The position numbers and the translations under genes were made by a program. DNA of 63,000 nucleotides, the filler included, from Squatina squatina (lineage: Eukaryota): the NCBI GenBank assembly GCA_031763465.1. It is 4 parts of 4 records of this genome, joined end to end, with 100 filler letters (N's around TTAATTAATTAA, not from the genome) between each part and the next. Parts side by side here need not be neighbours in the genome. Positions count along the whole stretch, not along the records: positions 29,049 to 48,446 come from JARFOE010000072.1; positions 48,547 to 63,000 come from JARFOE010000222.1; 2 more parts are not named here. One strand, written 5' to 3'. Shown here piece after piece: positions 38,288 through 51,316 of this stretch. The stretch's first letter is position 1. Every line of letters starts with the position of its first letter. The notes under the pieces were generated by a model. That model ran no database searches. It saw only the letters and a program-made list of their open reading frames with translations, and was not told the origin of the DNA.

Positions 38288-41200
38288 GTAAGATGGTCTT
38301 CCAGATAAAGGTGAAGTGTGTACTGTTGCTGATTTTATTTCCTTTCAAATGTGCTTTTGATTTACTATGCAGTCTGAAAAAGATGTAAATTTTGTGAATA
38401 TTGGGGAGAATATGGGTATGCACCTTAGTAACATTAAATTGATCACATTTTAATGTAACCGGGTTCATTTGTCCAGCTTTAGACTCTGTTTGCATTCAGT
38501 GAATTGCATTTTTAGTCATGCTTCAATCCACGGTTTGAACAGTTTTTGACCATTGCTTGCACCTAGGAATGGCTGTGCTGTAGAAGCTCAAATGCCAAAT
38601 GAAAGTATTTTGTGCCATGATCACAATTTCATCTTTCATAGAATGGTTGAATCATAAAATGGTTGCAGCACAGAAGAGGCCGTTCTGCACTTTGAGATTG
38701 GGGAACTCGCCGCTCACGCGGAGCAAAGAGCCATCGGCTGCACGAGCTGTGGAATGGCGAGCTGGGGCAGCGGGCAAATGAAAAACCTGTCTGAATCGAT
38801 CTTTCATCAGCCGTGATGATAGGGTGGGCAGTCCCGCGGAACCATTGTGGGCTTCTGACACCATGCACGGAGTAGTGACAAAATGAGTTAAAACTCTCGT
38901 TTGGCCCCAACGAGTGATGGCAGAAGGCAAGCTGGCCCCGGGGAAATGCTTAATTAATGCCTCCGAGGTGTGTGTGAAGCCTANNNNNNNNNNNNNNNNN
39001 NNNNNNNNNNNNNNNNNNNNNNNNNNNNNNNNNNNNNNNNNNNNNNNNNNNNNNNNNNNNNNNNNNNNNNNNNNNNNNNNNNNTAAAAAAAAAGAAAAAT
39101 TTCTTACTACCATCTTTATGCTGCCGCCACTTGTCCCTTTCTGGGAGTATTTTGATAAAGTTCATTTGCGGATGTTTGATTCACTGGTTTTTAAACTGAG
39201 GCTGTATTTCTTTTTCTTCTCTGCCTTTTAGAGCTCCCGAGAAGTCTGAGTTTGTAAATTGATGCTGCATCAGAGAAAGTTTCAATAAAGATGTGTTGCA
39301 CACTTGCAGCTTGTTGCTGATTTCTTTTTGTCAGTTTGTTCTTGTGGAGTCTGCCTTTTCCTCTTGTCTATTTCCATTCGCTCACTCTGGCTTTATAGGG
39401 AAATTGGCTGCATTTCGAGCAGTTAGGCACAGTTTGTTTTTGCAGGTTTCGAAATGGTAAGAGTATAATTGCTGGAAGATCATTTTGTTTAGCTAATTAA
39501 CACTGCATGTTAACTTTTTTACTGATTTTAGTTAGATGCGGATTTGTTGTGAATAGAAGATTCTGTGGAATTCTCAGTGTTTCTATATGGGCACTTAATT
39601 TTTATGCAGCATTTGGAGAATGGACTGAACATTGGTAATATATTTCAGTGATGAACCTTTCGAGCCATAAGGTCTGTAGTTCAAAGCTGAGTGTCAGTAA
39701 CAAGGATGCATCTCAGCAGAATAAAGCATTGAAATATCAGTATATGTGCAGTTTTTATAAAGTGCGTCTGCCACTCGTTTTTAGAGGCAAGGTTAATTTT
39801 TGTAACAAGTCTGGTATTCACTAAAGCTGCAAATATTTTGGTCTCCTGATGGGACAGTAACTTTAATAGACATATTCCCTGGATGAGCATAATATTCCTA
39901 TAAACAGCTGTACTAGACACAGGAGGTGATATCTGTTAATGGGGTATCAATTAGGAATCCAGTGTAACTGAAAGCTGCTAACCTCTTATGNNNNNNNNNN
40001 NNNNNNNNNNNNNNNNNNNNNNNNNNNNNNNNNNNNNNNNNNNNNNNNNNNNNNNNNNNNNNNNNNNNNNNNNNNNNNNNNNNNNNNNNNTGTCATCTGA
40101 AATGTGATGTGCATCCTAGTTAATTTATTGGCTTGATTTACTTTGGTTATGCTTGGAGAAAATGGTCCTTTCTCTGATCCTATTTTTTCCTAATAAAAGA
40201 CAAAATAATTTTTCTCAATGTTGGTTTAGAATAACTTGATTGGTGACTCTTGAAGGCTACCTGGTCACAAAATGACCTGTGTTCTAATTTGATGCTTCAT
40301 TTATTATCGTGCAGTCATAATGCTCTACTTTGTTAGAGGATGACCAATTAAAATTGTCCGAATCCACTGTTAACTGAAAAGTGCATGGGAGTTTAACCTG
40401 AAACTTGGTTGTGTGATTTAATTTTAATAGGACTTCTATTGGTCTTGTTTAAAACAATCTCTAAATTTGTTTATGATGGTGTTTAGCTTTGGTTAGCGAA
40501 GGGCTTTTTGTGGTACGAGTATACGTTGGTGCTTTATGAAGTTGTAATTGCATGCACTGCAGGATGTAAATCTATTTTGTATATACCTGCTTATACTGGT
40601 TCAGTATATTCACTAACTATAGAAACAAGTGTAGAATTTTAAAGTTTCGGATATAGTTTACAGTTCTGAAAATGCAAAGATTAGATTTTGTTTTCTTGGA
40701 AGAGCAGATGAATTCTTAATAATTACTGTTTCAGGGAATGCAGCTAATTTTCTTAAGATCTGATATGATTACATTTTGCATTTGTGTGCTAGCATTTGGA
40801 ATTTATTGCTGCTTATTCTGTCCTGATGGCTTTAATTGGAAATTATGGTGTAAAAGGGATTCACAATAGTTTTATATTCTTGATCTGTCCTATTGTACTC
40901 TACTTGTACAACATTGTCCAACTGGGCTATCTACCAGTGTTTCCTCGAAGTGGAATTTCGGTTGACTTAAATGGTGGTAATTTTTCGCTTGGTAGGTTAT
41001 TGTGCTGCTCAACTAAATTTCTTCAATTCACTCCTCAACAGTGGGACCCAGCAACATTTAAATTTGAGCATGGGAATTCATTTTATTTTGCGGAATAGGG
41101 AATAGAGCATGCAAAATCTATTTGTGGTAAGTGGGAGTAGAATTGCTGCAAACGAGGTTATTCAGCTGCTGCTATCACAAGTTTGAGAAGTTGGACTAGC

Positions 41201-41734
41201 TGAAAACCAACCATAAAGGTTGGTCCTTTCTGAAATTTCTAAATTTCCTATGGTTAATAATGTGTGGGATCTACATTCAAATTTACACTGAGCTGAAATG
41301 GCTGCCCGCTTCCCAGCTTGCTTTTGGCTTAACTGTAATTTCGGCAATTTCAATGGAACTTGCCTTGTGTGTTGTGCTTCTTGTCTTTGCTTTTNNNNNN
41401 NNNNNNNNNNNNNNNNNNNNNNNNNNNNNNNNNNNNNNNNNNNNNNNNNNNNNNNNNNNNNNNNNNNNNNNNNNNNNNNNNNNNNNNNNNNNNNGACAGC
41501 TCAGGAAGTGATTTAAACTGGACCCTCCCTCCCCATGCCTGATGGAAGGGCTTTTTGTGCAACTGTGAAATGTTTCAGACAGCAACCATAAACAAATACC
41601 AAAAGAATTCATGGATTATTGTATGCTCTACAACCTGACTTGTAACATCCAGCTAGTCCCCGGCAGTGGAATCGAATGCCTCCTTTGTGGCAGTGATTGC
41701 ACATTGTGATTTTTTAAAAAACAAAAATACCTAA

Positions 41735-41835
41735 AATAAAGCACACACTGATGTAACAAGCAAAGCAAAATAAAAGTTTTTACAAAAATGGAATCAAGTT
41801 TTTCAGTGTTTGTTTCTTCCTGTGTTTGGCCTGTA
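41735..41835 (+). terminator. Probable CAPRIN1 polyadenylation region
   Basis: AATAAA at 41735 and 41769 followed by a GT/T-rich downstream element; lies between the last visible CAPRIN1 exon and NAT10. Confidence 0.5.
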
Positions 41836-43018
41836 CTACAGTTATTTAATTCTCCCTATTCTCCTAAAATAGCTTTCTGTGATGGCAGAGATTACAGAAG
41901 AATTCACAAGTCCAAAAATCATCATTTTCCAAGATCCAGATTTCAAAGCAAACGTCTATTTCTCCACATAAACCACTCATTCTGCAATTGAATGTTAATG
42001 AAATGGGCAAAGCACTTGAGTGTAAAACTAAAGAAAATGTCACTTTTATGCATGATGGGAAATGTAGTATGCTATTGTCTTTAGAAAGACAACATAGCAA
42101 ATGGTTTGTTAAACATGTTTTTTAAAAACAAACTGGACATTTGTCATCAAAATTCTGCATGTTACAGCGAGTTAGATTCATACAGGAAGCTGGAATTTGA
42201 ATTCCAATCTTGACATTTTCACTTGAGCTTCCCTTGGAGAGGTGAAGGAGAGTTTCTGAGGAAGGGGCCTCCTTCCTTTGTCACTCAGTTCCACAAATGC
42301 TGACCATGGTCTGCCCAAGTGGCTATTCCTCACATGTGAACTTAGACTGAGTACACTGGCAGATTGGTTGACCATTAACTGAGCCTGACATACATGCATA
42401 CTATACAACAATATAGACATCAACATCAGAAACTGTATCTTTGTTTAACTTAACCCAGTCACCATAGCCCAGGTGGAGATTGGTTAACTCCAGAGCAGAG
42501 ATTGTATACAAGGACATTCCTGGTTTGAAAGCTCAATACCACAATTCATTACTTCCTCTTGAACAAAATATCTGAGCTGCTAAATTTGAGAAAGCTGTGT
42601 TAATGCCAGTTTATACTGAGGGGTTCTACATTTATCTTGTTTGTAAAGTCCTTCCTTGTCTGATCTTTAACTTGTGCTGCTGAAGCCATATCCACAATGA
42701 GGTGGTGAAATGAGGAATAATTTTATGCATGTAGTAGNNNNNNNNNNNNNNNNNNNNNNNNNNNNNNNNNNNNNNNNNNNNNNNNNNNNNNNNNNNNNNN
42801 NNNNNNNNNNNNNNNNNNNNNNNNNNNNNNNNNNNNNCTTGGATTGCACACAGTACAATATGCAGTAGACACTCAGCCAAAGAATGTTGGGGATCTAGTT
42901 TATTAGCAACAATTAATTTAGCAGTTTTTAAAGAAATTTTTTTTCATAAACTATTGCCAACTCTTGGTAAGACACAAAAGGGTATACTTGAACATATTGT
43001 CTTCATCTTATCTTCCAG

Positions 43019-43141
43019 GACTTTGAAGCCATGACGCCAAACCTTTTGGCCAGGACTGTTGAGACGGTGGAAGGGGGTGGACTTGTTGTGATTCTGCTGA
43101 GAACTGTCAACTCCTTGAAACAGCTTTATACAATGACAATG
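43019..43141 (+). CDS. NAT10: RNA cytidine acetyltransferase NAT10 exon (123 nt)
   Basis: ccAG acceptor and GTGGGT donor; DFEAMTPNLLARTVETVEGGGLVVILLRTVNSLKQLYTMTM. Confidence 0.96.
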
Positions 43142-43676
43142 GTGGGTGTTGTGTATGGTAGTCAGCAGTAATCGCCTATACCCAACAGTTTTCACTGGAC
43201 AATTGGTACACTAGCTTGACTGATGTTGCAATGTTTCCATGTGGTAATTGGCTGATGTCTTATGCTGCTGATAATGTAATTGGTAATAATATTGATCATT
43301 TTAGTATACCATTGTATTTGTTTTGCTTTACATGTTTGATTTGATTTTCTATCATAGTAGAGTGCCTCATAATTGTTTGGCTATGTGTTTTGCTGTTTAT
43401 TTGTACTACGAGGTCATACAGATAAGAAAGTTACAAGTTTGTTTCCTCATATGTCCTGAGGAAGGATATACTGGTCTTAGAGGGGTCAGCACAGATTCAG
43501 CAGAATGATACTGGGGCGAAAAAGGGTTAAATTATGAGGGCAGGTTGCATAAACTGGGCTTGAATTCTCTTCAATANNNNNNNNNNNNNNNNNNNNNNNN
43601 NNNNNNNNNNNNNNNNNNNNNNNNNNNNNNNNNNNNNNNNNNNNNNNNNNNNNNNNNNNNNNNNNNNNNNNNNNNN

Positions 43677-44300
43677 TGCCAGCTAAGCCTCATCCATTAA
43701 CTTAGTGACTTCTGCAAACAATTTGATTAAATTAGCAAAGCATCATCTTTTCCAGAAACCCTGTTGACTGTCCATGATGATGCCCTCTATCTAAGTGGCC
43801 ATGTAGGTCATTCCTAATGATACCTTAGAGCATCTTTCGTATTACTGAGGTCAAACTAATGGGCCTATAGTTACCTGGCGCTGCCTTATCAAAAATTTGA
43901 ACTATATTAGCATCCTTAGTCAGGGAACAGTCCCCCAACTCCAGTGAGCTATTAAAGATATGGGCAAGGGGCTTGCATAGCCCATGTCTTTTTTTTTTAA
44001 AAAGGACTCTCGGGAGTCCGATCTATTTTAGTGTTCCTTATTTAACCTAAAACATTCTCCTCATCTATATTATTAACAATTGTGCTGTTAACAGCATAAT
44101 TTATTGCTGTCAGTTGAGCATCGTCTTCATGAGCAGAGACTGATGCAAAGTGCTCGTTTATATCTCTGCAATGCCTGAATTCTTTCGAATCAGTTGATCT
44201 TTTAATGGCTGAATAGTCTTTGTTCCTTCGATTCTGAACATAGTGAAAAAGGCCTTTCCCATTGCTACCACAATTGTCCACCATCCTCTCTTCCTAAGCA
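43677..44300 (-). mobile_element. CR1 ORF2 fragment
   Basis: NEHFASV, GNYRPISLTSV ('actgaggtcaaactaatgggcctatagttacc') and SQQGF motifs on the minus strand. Confidence 0.75.
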
Positions 44301-44787
44301 ACTTTTCTTTCCTATAATTGTGCATGTTCCATGTCTTTGTTTTCCTGGGAATTCTCTACTTTTAATCTATGAAAACATTATTGTTTGTCATATTTGTCTC
44401 TGTACATGATCAGTCTATTTACTAATCAAAAATGCACTTTGGACTCCCACTTAGCCAGCTGTGGCTAATGTGTGAAACAACACTAGTGTAAAGTGGGGCA
44501 GAAAACTGCTTAAAGAAAAAAAAATCCAACTTGGAGTTTTGAGGATGCTGTTGAATAAAGAGAAAATAAAGTCATATATGTTTAGAGTATCCAGAATAAA
44601 CATTTTCTAGACGATCACTGAAGAATGTAAATGCTTGGAAAGTTGGAGAGAGGTTGCCAGGAGTTGAGCATTTTGGAATGTTTCTTTACATTTATGCACC
44701 TGTTAGTTCTTCACTGCCTTCTTAGCCCATTGCGTTGGAACTTATATGGCGTTTTTTTTAATTAAACTTTTTTTGAAATCTCCACAG

Positions 44788-44904
44788 AACACCCCTAATG
44801 ACCTTCAGTTACTTTCTGATGCTCCCGCTCACCATCTTTTCTGCCTGCTGCCCCCGGTGCAGCCTACTCAGAATTCACTGCCAGAAGTACTTGCTGTCAT
44901 TCAG
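44788..44904 (+). CDS. NAT10: NAT10 exon (117 nt)
   Basis: cacAG acceptor and GTAATG donor; NTPNDLQLLSDAPAHHLFCLLPPVQPTQNSLPEVLAVIQ. Confidence 0.96.
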
Positions 44905-46933
44905 GTAATGTGCAGTATGAGGGTCACTGATAAGCATACACTTATAAATTAAGAACATCCAACCAAATGCTACAACATATTGTTACTTAAGATTTACTTA
45001 CATGACCAGATTTGTATGCCGTTTTATATTCCATTACAGTCCTTTGCTGTATCAGTTAAGCTATCAGATAAATCATAGTATATGGTGTTTGCACTCTTGT
45101 GTGAAAGTCTTTTATCTGTGGTTTTAATGGAACCAAAAGAGTTTAATTCAAAAGTTTTAAACATTTGTATGTTAACATCGCACTGCAGTTTGACCTTGAT
45201 TGTGACTTTTTAGTCAAAGGGATATATCATCACAAGAGGCCAGATGGTATATTTTCCCAAGTGTTCTTTAGCTCAGCATCACTTTGAATCAAGCAGTTAT
45301 AAAGTTCTATTTCCCTGAATGTTGAAGGGTTGTAAATGAAATAAGTTTGTACCACTTGTATTCATTTCTTAGTAGACATCAGCACAAAGTAATATGATTT
45401 CCACAGTCCTGTTTTGAGAAGCCACAAATGATAGAAAGGGCAACTTTCCAGTCCTAGTGCTTTGGTCAAATGCCAACTTCACAAGATTGTCTGTGATTAG
45501 ATGATTCACCCTATTCAGATTTACACAGGCAAACTCTCACCTGTTTTGAACACTGGGAGCTCAATGGAGAGGGGAGAAAATACTTTCAAGAGTTGCTGAT
45601 GTTGCATGGTGAGAAAACTTAAAGGGATGTGGCAACTTAAAGCTGCATATATAACAATAGTAATTAATATATGGTAAAAAGATGGTGNNNNNNNNNNNNN
45701 NNNNNNNNNNNNNNNNNNNNNNNNNNNNNNNNNNNNNNNNNNNNNNNNNNNNNNNNNNNNNNNNNNNNNNNNNNNNNNNNNNNNNNNTGGAGGATTTCTG
45801 CACTGTCTGCCTTTTCCTACCCCCGCTGGATGGCCACCCAATGACTGTCCTGTGCTCTCTGGCCACCACCTCCTGGAATGTACTATCCAATAAATTCTTA
45901 GCCCATATGCCCTGCAGTGATTCCAGTTGCTCCTCAGCTCAGAAACTTTGAGCTCGAGCAACCGGAGGCTCTTTTTGCATAAATGGTCAGGTGTCCAGGC
46001 GGTTCAAAATGGAGCAGCAATTGCAGATTTCAAAGTGTGTGTGTGTGTNNNNNNNNNNCTTTAACTCCAATTTATTATTTCTTACTTTCATATTTATGTA
46101 TACCACATTCTTATTTAGTACAATTTCAGGTCCCTTTAGTGTTAGTATCCCTTACTTAGTAAGATGCTTATCTTAAATGCTTATCCTGAATATTTATTTG
46201 TTTGCAATACTTTATTTTTAGATCCAGTATAATCACTAGCAGTCTAGATTATAATTAGTAAATGGATTTAGCTTGATTTCAATCAGTTACTAATTAATTT
46301 CTCTGACTACGTAATTATTTCTTTATCCTTTTTTAAGATAGTTATTTCTAAATTGATAACCAACTACAATTAATATTAGAGCGTATGCTAAATTGACGCC
46401 TTGGCTTTCACAGACTCTTCCGCTGCTTTGACTATGACCTCACTTTTGCAAATTTTCTTCGGTTGTTTTCCCACTCTGCCCATCTTGCTCCATGTTATCC
46501 CACTGCTCTGCCGTGGTGCTGTTTAAATGCTTGGGGCCTGTGTTGCTCTGCGCTCTCCTGATGCGCCCCATTAAATAGCAAAGGAATTTCACATTAACAC
46601 TTTGTTCATGCACTAATTTTCACAGAGCCCAACTTCAAAAGATAGGTGTTTCTCTTTTCAATGTGCAGTCCATTTGCAAATTCAGATTTTTGTTCCTGGA
46701 CAGTAGCTTAATCAGGTGTGTTAATATCAATCTATTAGTGAATAGAAAATTATCCTGGTGATGTAAAGTGATCAAAAATTAGTAATTTTGGTGCAATTAT
46801 ATTACCAAAATAGTATAGCTTGGAAAATGGGCGTTAAAATGAAAAGTAGATTTTAAGGAAAAACCATTGTTTAAGCATTCTGTTTGAATGTACAGATATA
46901 TGAATAAATCAGCAATATGTTGTCTGTCCACAG

Positions 46934-47044
46934 ATTTCCGAAGACGGTTCCTGTCCCTCCTGTCTTACCAGTTCAGTAGTTTCCCTCCCTCGGTGGCACT
47001 AAATATTCTTCAGAATAAAAACATGAAACAGGAATCAAAGCCAC
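46934..47044 (+). CDS. NAT10: NAT10 exon (111 nt)
   Basis: cacAG acceptor and GTAAGT donor; (D)FRRRFLSLLSYQFSSFPPSVALNILQNKNMKQESKP. Confidence 0.93.
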
Positions 47045-47341
47045 GTAAGTAACCAGCTTATTTTCTGATAAAAGAATCCATGCAGTACTTAGTTTGTTTA
47101 AGAAAAAGTATTTGTGTTTCAGATTACATGCAGTGACAAATAGATTCAACAGAATCATAGAACAGCTTAAGTCTATGCAGAATATAATTAAAGTAGGTGG
47201 GAGTAGTTGGTAATATATGGGTTAACAAAAAAGCACGCAAGATGTAGAGACAAAAAGATATCTAGTTACCTAGATTAGGGCATGCATAAAATGGTAGGCT
47301 AGCCTAATTTCAAAAACTTCAATGTAAATATAGCCTTGAAG

Positions 47342-47514
47342 TAATGTTCCCTGTAATCTGTACTATGTTCTGCATGGCCTGTTTCTTTCAATGCACAGTC
47401 CCTTTAAATTTCTGCACGTGTTGTATTTCCAATGTAAAAACTTGTGAGCAACTTCCGCAGGACTTTGCAAATTACTACGCAACCGCGCACGCACGCAACT
47501 TAGAGGGAACATTG
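47342..47514. mobile_element. Non-autonomous hAT-like MITE (173 bp)
   Basis: Terminal inverted repeats TAATGTTCCCTGTAA and TTAGAGGGAACATTG; 8-bp flanks ccttgaag/ctttggaa match only partly. Confidence 0.7.
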
Positions 47515-47869
47515 CTTTGGAAGTAGTGTGGATAAAATGCCTCTTGTACATCATAAATGCAGAATATTGGTATAGTCAGTCTATGAGCAATAATTTGTCA
47601 CTTAACTTAAATGGCTCACTAAAGTTTACTCAAGAACTTCATTGTGAAACACTGAGTTTCTTCGGAAGTGATTAGAACTGTCAGTGTATCACTTTTTTTC
47701 ATGTCTGTGATATGTACGCTATATAACCACAGTTATGGTAAAACATTGCCACAATTACTTTCCCTGGCCACTCCGACCCTCACATAATCATCTTGCACAC
47801 CCAAGCACTACTCACCTCCACCTACTCAGTCAATCTATGGTGATGAGCTGAAGAATGGTGTTCCAGTTG

Positions 47870-48130
47870 GATACGAAAGATCTCACAGCATTGGTCCGAG
47901 AAAGGAAGGAATTCTCCCGGTAGACTGGCCAATAATCATTCCTCAGCTGAGCCCACCAAAACAAATTAACTGGTCATCTAATTTGGCGGTTGTGGGATCT
48001 TGCTGTGTACAGATAGGCTGTTGCATTTTGCCAACATAACTGACTGTGTCAAATGTAATTAATTGGGTGGGAACCACTGGAATGTCCTGGGATGTGATGA
48101 GGTGCTATATAAATGCAAAGTCTTTGTTTC
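47870..48130 (+). mobile_element. Old Deu-domain SINE
   Basis: 'ttgtgggatcttgctgtg' core and 'ggtgctatataaatgcaaag' tail. Confidence 0.65.
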
Positions 48131-48446
48131 TGTTGCAGTTATTAATGTTCGTGTATGAACCTCATGATGATGTGGAGTGCAGCATTAGTTGGGGTTCTAC
48201 ACTGACGATTGGTAATGGTGCCAGAAATCAATTTACAAACTTTGTGAAATTGAAACTGCACTGACTTCTACCAGAAAAGGTCTTTCAAGGATGCAAAGCA
48301 ACCTTGGAGTTCAGAAGATGGGGTTAAACCACTTTTTTCCCCTCTTGCAATATTCATGTTCTGTGACCAGTAAGCTTTGTTGTTGAGCTTGTTTATCTAC
48401 TTTTCTCTCTCAGCACTTAGCAGGTCTGAGTTGGAAACTAAGTTTA

Positions 48447-48546
48447 NNNNNNNNNNNNNNNNNNNNNNNNNNNNNNNNNNNNNNNNNNNNTTAATTAATT
48501 AANNNNNNNNNNNNNNNNNNNNNNNNNNNNNNNNNNNNNNNNNNNN
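48447..48546. other. Artificial scaffold-joining linker
   Basis: N44-TTAATTAATTAA-N44. Confidence 0.95.
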
Positions 48547-51316
48547 CCACAGGGTGAGACATTACATTTTGGCCCTGTCAATATCGTCCTGCTTCCATCT
48601 GCAGGGGGCTGCATTTACATTAATTAATTCCTTCTAAAGCTGCTTCTCGTATGAAAGTAATCCCTCCATTTGAATCCACAGTTAAAGCTCAATTAAAACA
48701 TTTAACAGAAAACTATAATGAGTTTATCCGACTTTAAAATGAAACATAACCACTTCCAAATAGAATCAAAGAGAAGAGTTCTATTATTGGAAATGCCACC
48801 TCCCTTATTTGACATTAGGGAATGCAGCAAGCGAGCGAGATAGCACATAAACCAGGACTCCTACCTTGCACATGCATGATTATGCTCAGTTTTTAATTTA
48901 ATTGCAATGCCTGTGAGAGAGGCTGATTTCTGGCTTTGCATACTGTAATTATTTCCTCGTATGCAACCTGCCATTAGTAATCATGATCTTTTGTTGGCCT
49001 ATATATATTGGGACTTAAAATGATCAAGACCAGGCATTACATTTGCTATAACAAACTGGTTCTGGTTAATATTGCCAAATCAATTTCCATACTTAACAGA
49101 GGTTCTACATGTCCCCTTCCAGGCAATGCACCCCTGTCTAATTTAACTGTTTGTTAATGGCCCAGATTTTCATGTAACAGTGAGATCAATGACACTGTAA
49201 ATTATGCCGTCTAGTGTGCTGATCTCGTCGTTGAAAACTTGCTTCATATTTTCCTGCATTTCTAAACCGAATACTCCGCAGAGATCATAGCACAGAATCA
49301 GAAACAGTGCAGCCACTGGCCATTGTACATTCATCACTCCATAGATGATTCCTGATCCCTTCATTTAAAACTGTCCTGCTGACATTTGGTTTTACCGTCA
49401 TGGATTAAACATTCATTCACATGTCTCAAAACCAAGTGTAAAGGGCTGAAGTTTCAAAAAGGAAAGATGCACAAAGAGGTTGTGGGCTAAATTGGATCGC
49501 CCCCGAAAATGGGCGAGGGGCTTGTTATGTGTGATTACCCTAGCCCGTTCAATGTGATGCAGGCGGCCCGCCAACTTCATGCTGCCTGCTCATTACCATG
49601 ATGATAGCCTGCAGCCAGCACTAACCGCACTGTTGAGTGGCTGCACGCCTCAACTGGGAGCCCAAAANNNNNNNNNNNNNNNNNNNNNNNNNNNNNNNNN
49701 NNNNNNNNNNNNNNNNNNNNNNNNNNNNNNNNNNNNNNNNNNNNNNNNNNNNNNNNNNNNNNNNNNNGTTTGGTGATGGTATTGCGTTGGAGGTGGCAGA
49801 AATGGCGGACCTGCTAAGTATTTCCAGCACTGTTTGTTTATATTTCAGATTTCCAGCATCTGCAGTATTTTACCTTTTCTATAATTCAACAAACTAGCTA
49901 CATATATAGCTGTACAAATAGCAGCTGCTAGCAAGATACCAGGCCATATGAATCTGTGACCAGCAAACTGTGACACACTTTAGCATTGACACAGCGCCAT
50001 CTACAAGCATAACTGGAAGTACAATTTCCATAATGGGGATTTCTCACAAGAGCAAGATTCACATGAACATTTTGAAAGAAATATATGTCCTAATGATCAA
50101 AATTTAATGTGCAATAGATAGATTTGATTACCACAAAGAATGGTCACATACGTTTGGCAATTTTATCTTGTAAATTTAAACAGATTTCATACTAGACATG
50201 TATAAAATAAACACTTGTTTCAGTAAGTCTTTCATTCAGGCTCTCTGCTTTGTTCATTACATGGTCCCATGTCTATGATGGACGACTTATGCTCAATGAC
50301 ACAGATCAGATGATCATTTAAAATTCTCTTTTGAAATGCAATGCAGTCTCACCAGTGAAAATACATTTGTTTCAAGCAGAGTTTCAAATATCGGCCTGGC
50401 TTAAACAGGGACAAGAGTGGGAACTTTAATTTCTGAAGTAAATTGCCCAATTAGAATTTTTTTCCAGATAAAAAGAAATATTCCAAGGTCTTCTAAATTA
50501 CAGCTTGGTCTCCAGGCATGAAAATAAATCTGCTCGAATAGCAATATCAAACTTCCCAGCATTCTGAGCCTTGGGCCAGAACTCTGCCAACTGCAAAATT
50601 TATTGCTCCAACACAGTTGAATTATAAAGCATCATGAATACATTCACAGGTATAACAACAAAAATGCCACTACTTTTCATTCAAGATCCTTCAGTTGTTT
50701 AATCTTCACATACTGCATGAATTGAACATTTCATTTCACCTCGCAAATAAACTTAGCCATAAAATTCAAGCAATGACTGTGGAATATTAGCGTATAAATA
50801 CTGAATGATAAACAGAGCCATTAGCCCATTTGAAACAAGTTTTGATATGAGCATGAGCAGTTTTCTCCTGTAGACCTGGTACCACAAACAACTGCATTCG
50901 AACTCCCTAGACTTGGTTTGTAGCCAACAGGAGAAATCTTTCGTCAGGCTGCATTCAAGCTCAGATCCCAGGGGTGAAAGGAGTGTGGTGATCCTCTGTA
51001 CCACTCAATTCCTTCAGGCACTTATGTTGCTCAAACAATGTCATTTTACTATTAAGAGTCCACATGCAACTGCAAACATATGCATTTTATTCTTTTTGAA
51101 TTAAAATGTTACTACACTGATTATGTAATTTGTCACAGTCACACAGCAATTTACAAAGTCTTTTTTGGCTTTGGCAACTGAATCCCTTGCAGATTAATGA
51201 CTTGTTACTGTGGCCTNNNNNNNNNNNNNNNNNNNNNNNNNNNNNNNNNNNNNNNNNNNNNNNNNNNNNNNNNNNNNNNNNNNNNNNNNNNNNNNNNNNN
51301 NNNNNNNNNNNNNNNN

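Noticed and set aside
48160-48268. Possible C/D-box snoRNA in a NAT10 intron (ATGATGA...CTGA...CTGA)
   Set aside because: No convincing terminal stem or recognisable rRNA guide; such short boxes occur by chance
29049-48446. Apparent loss of many CAPRIN1 (including RGG) and NAT10 exons, suggesting pseudogenes
   Set aside because: All visible exons are intact with canonical GT-AG sites, and the missing exons coincide with gaps
50753-51004. Hydrophobic minus-strand ORF with an acceptor-like site
   Set aside because: No GT donor, ends in a stop, and resembles no protein I know
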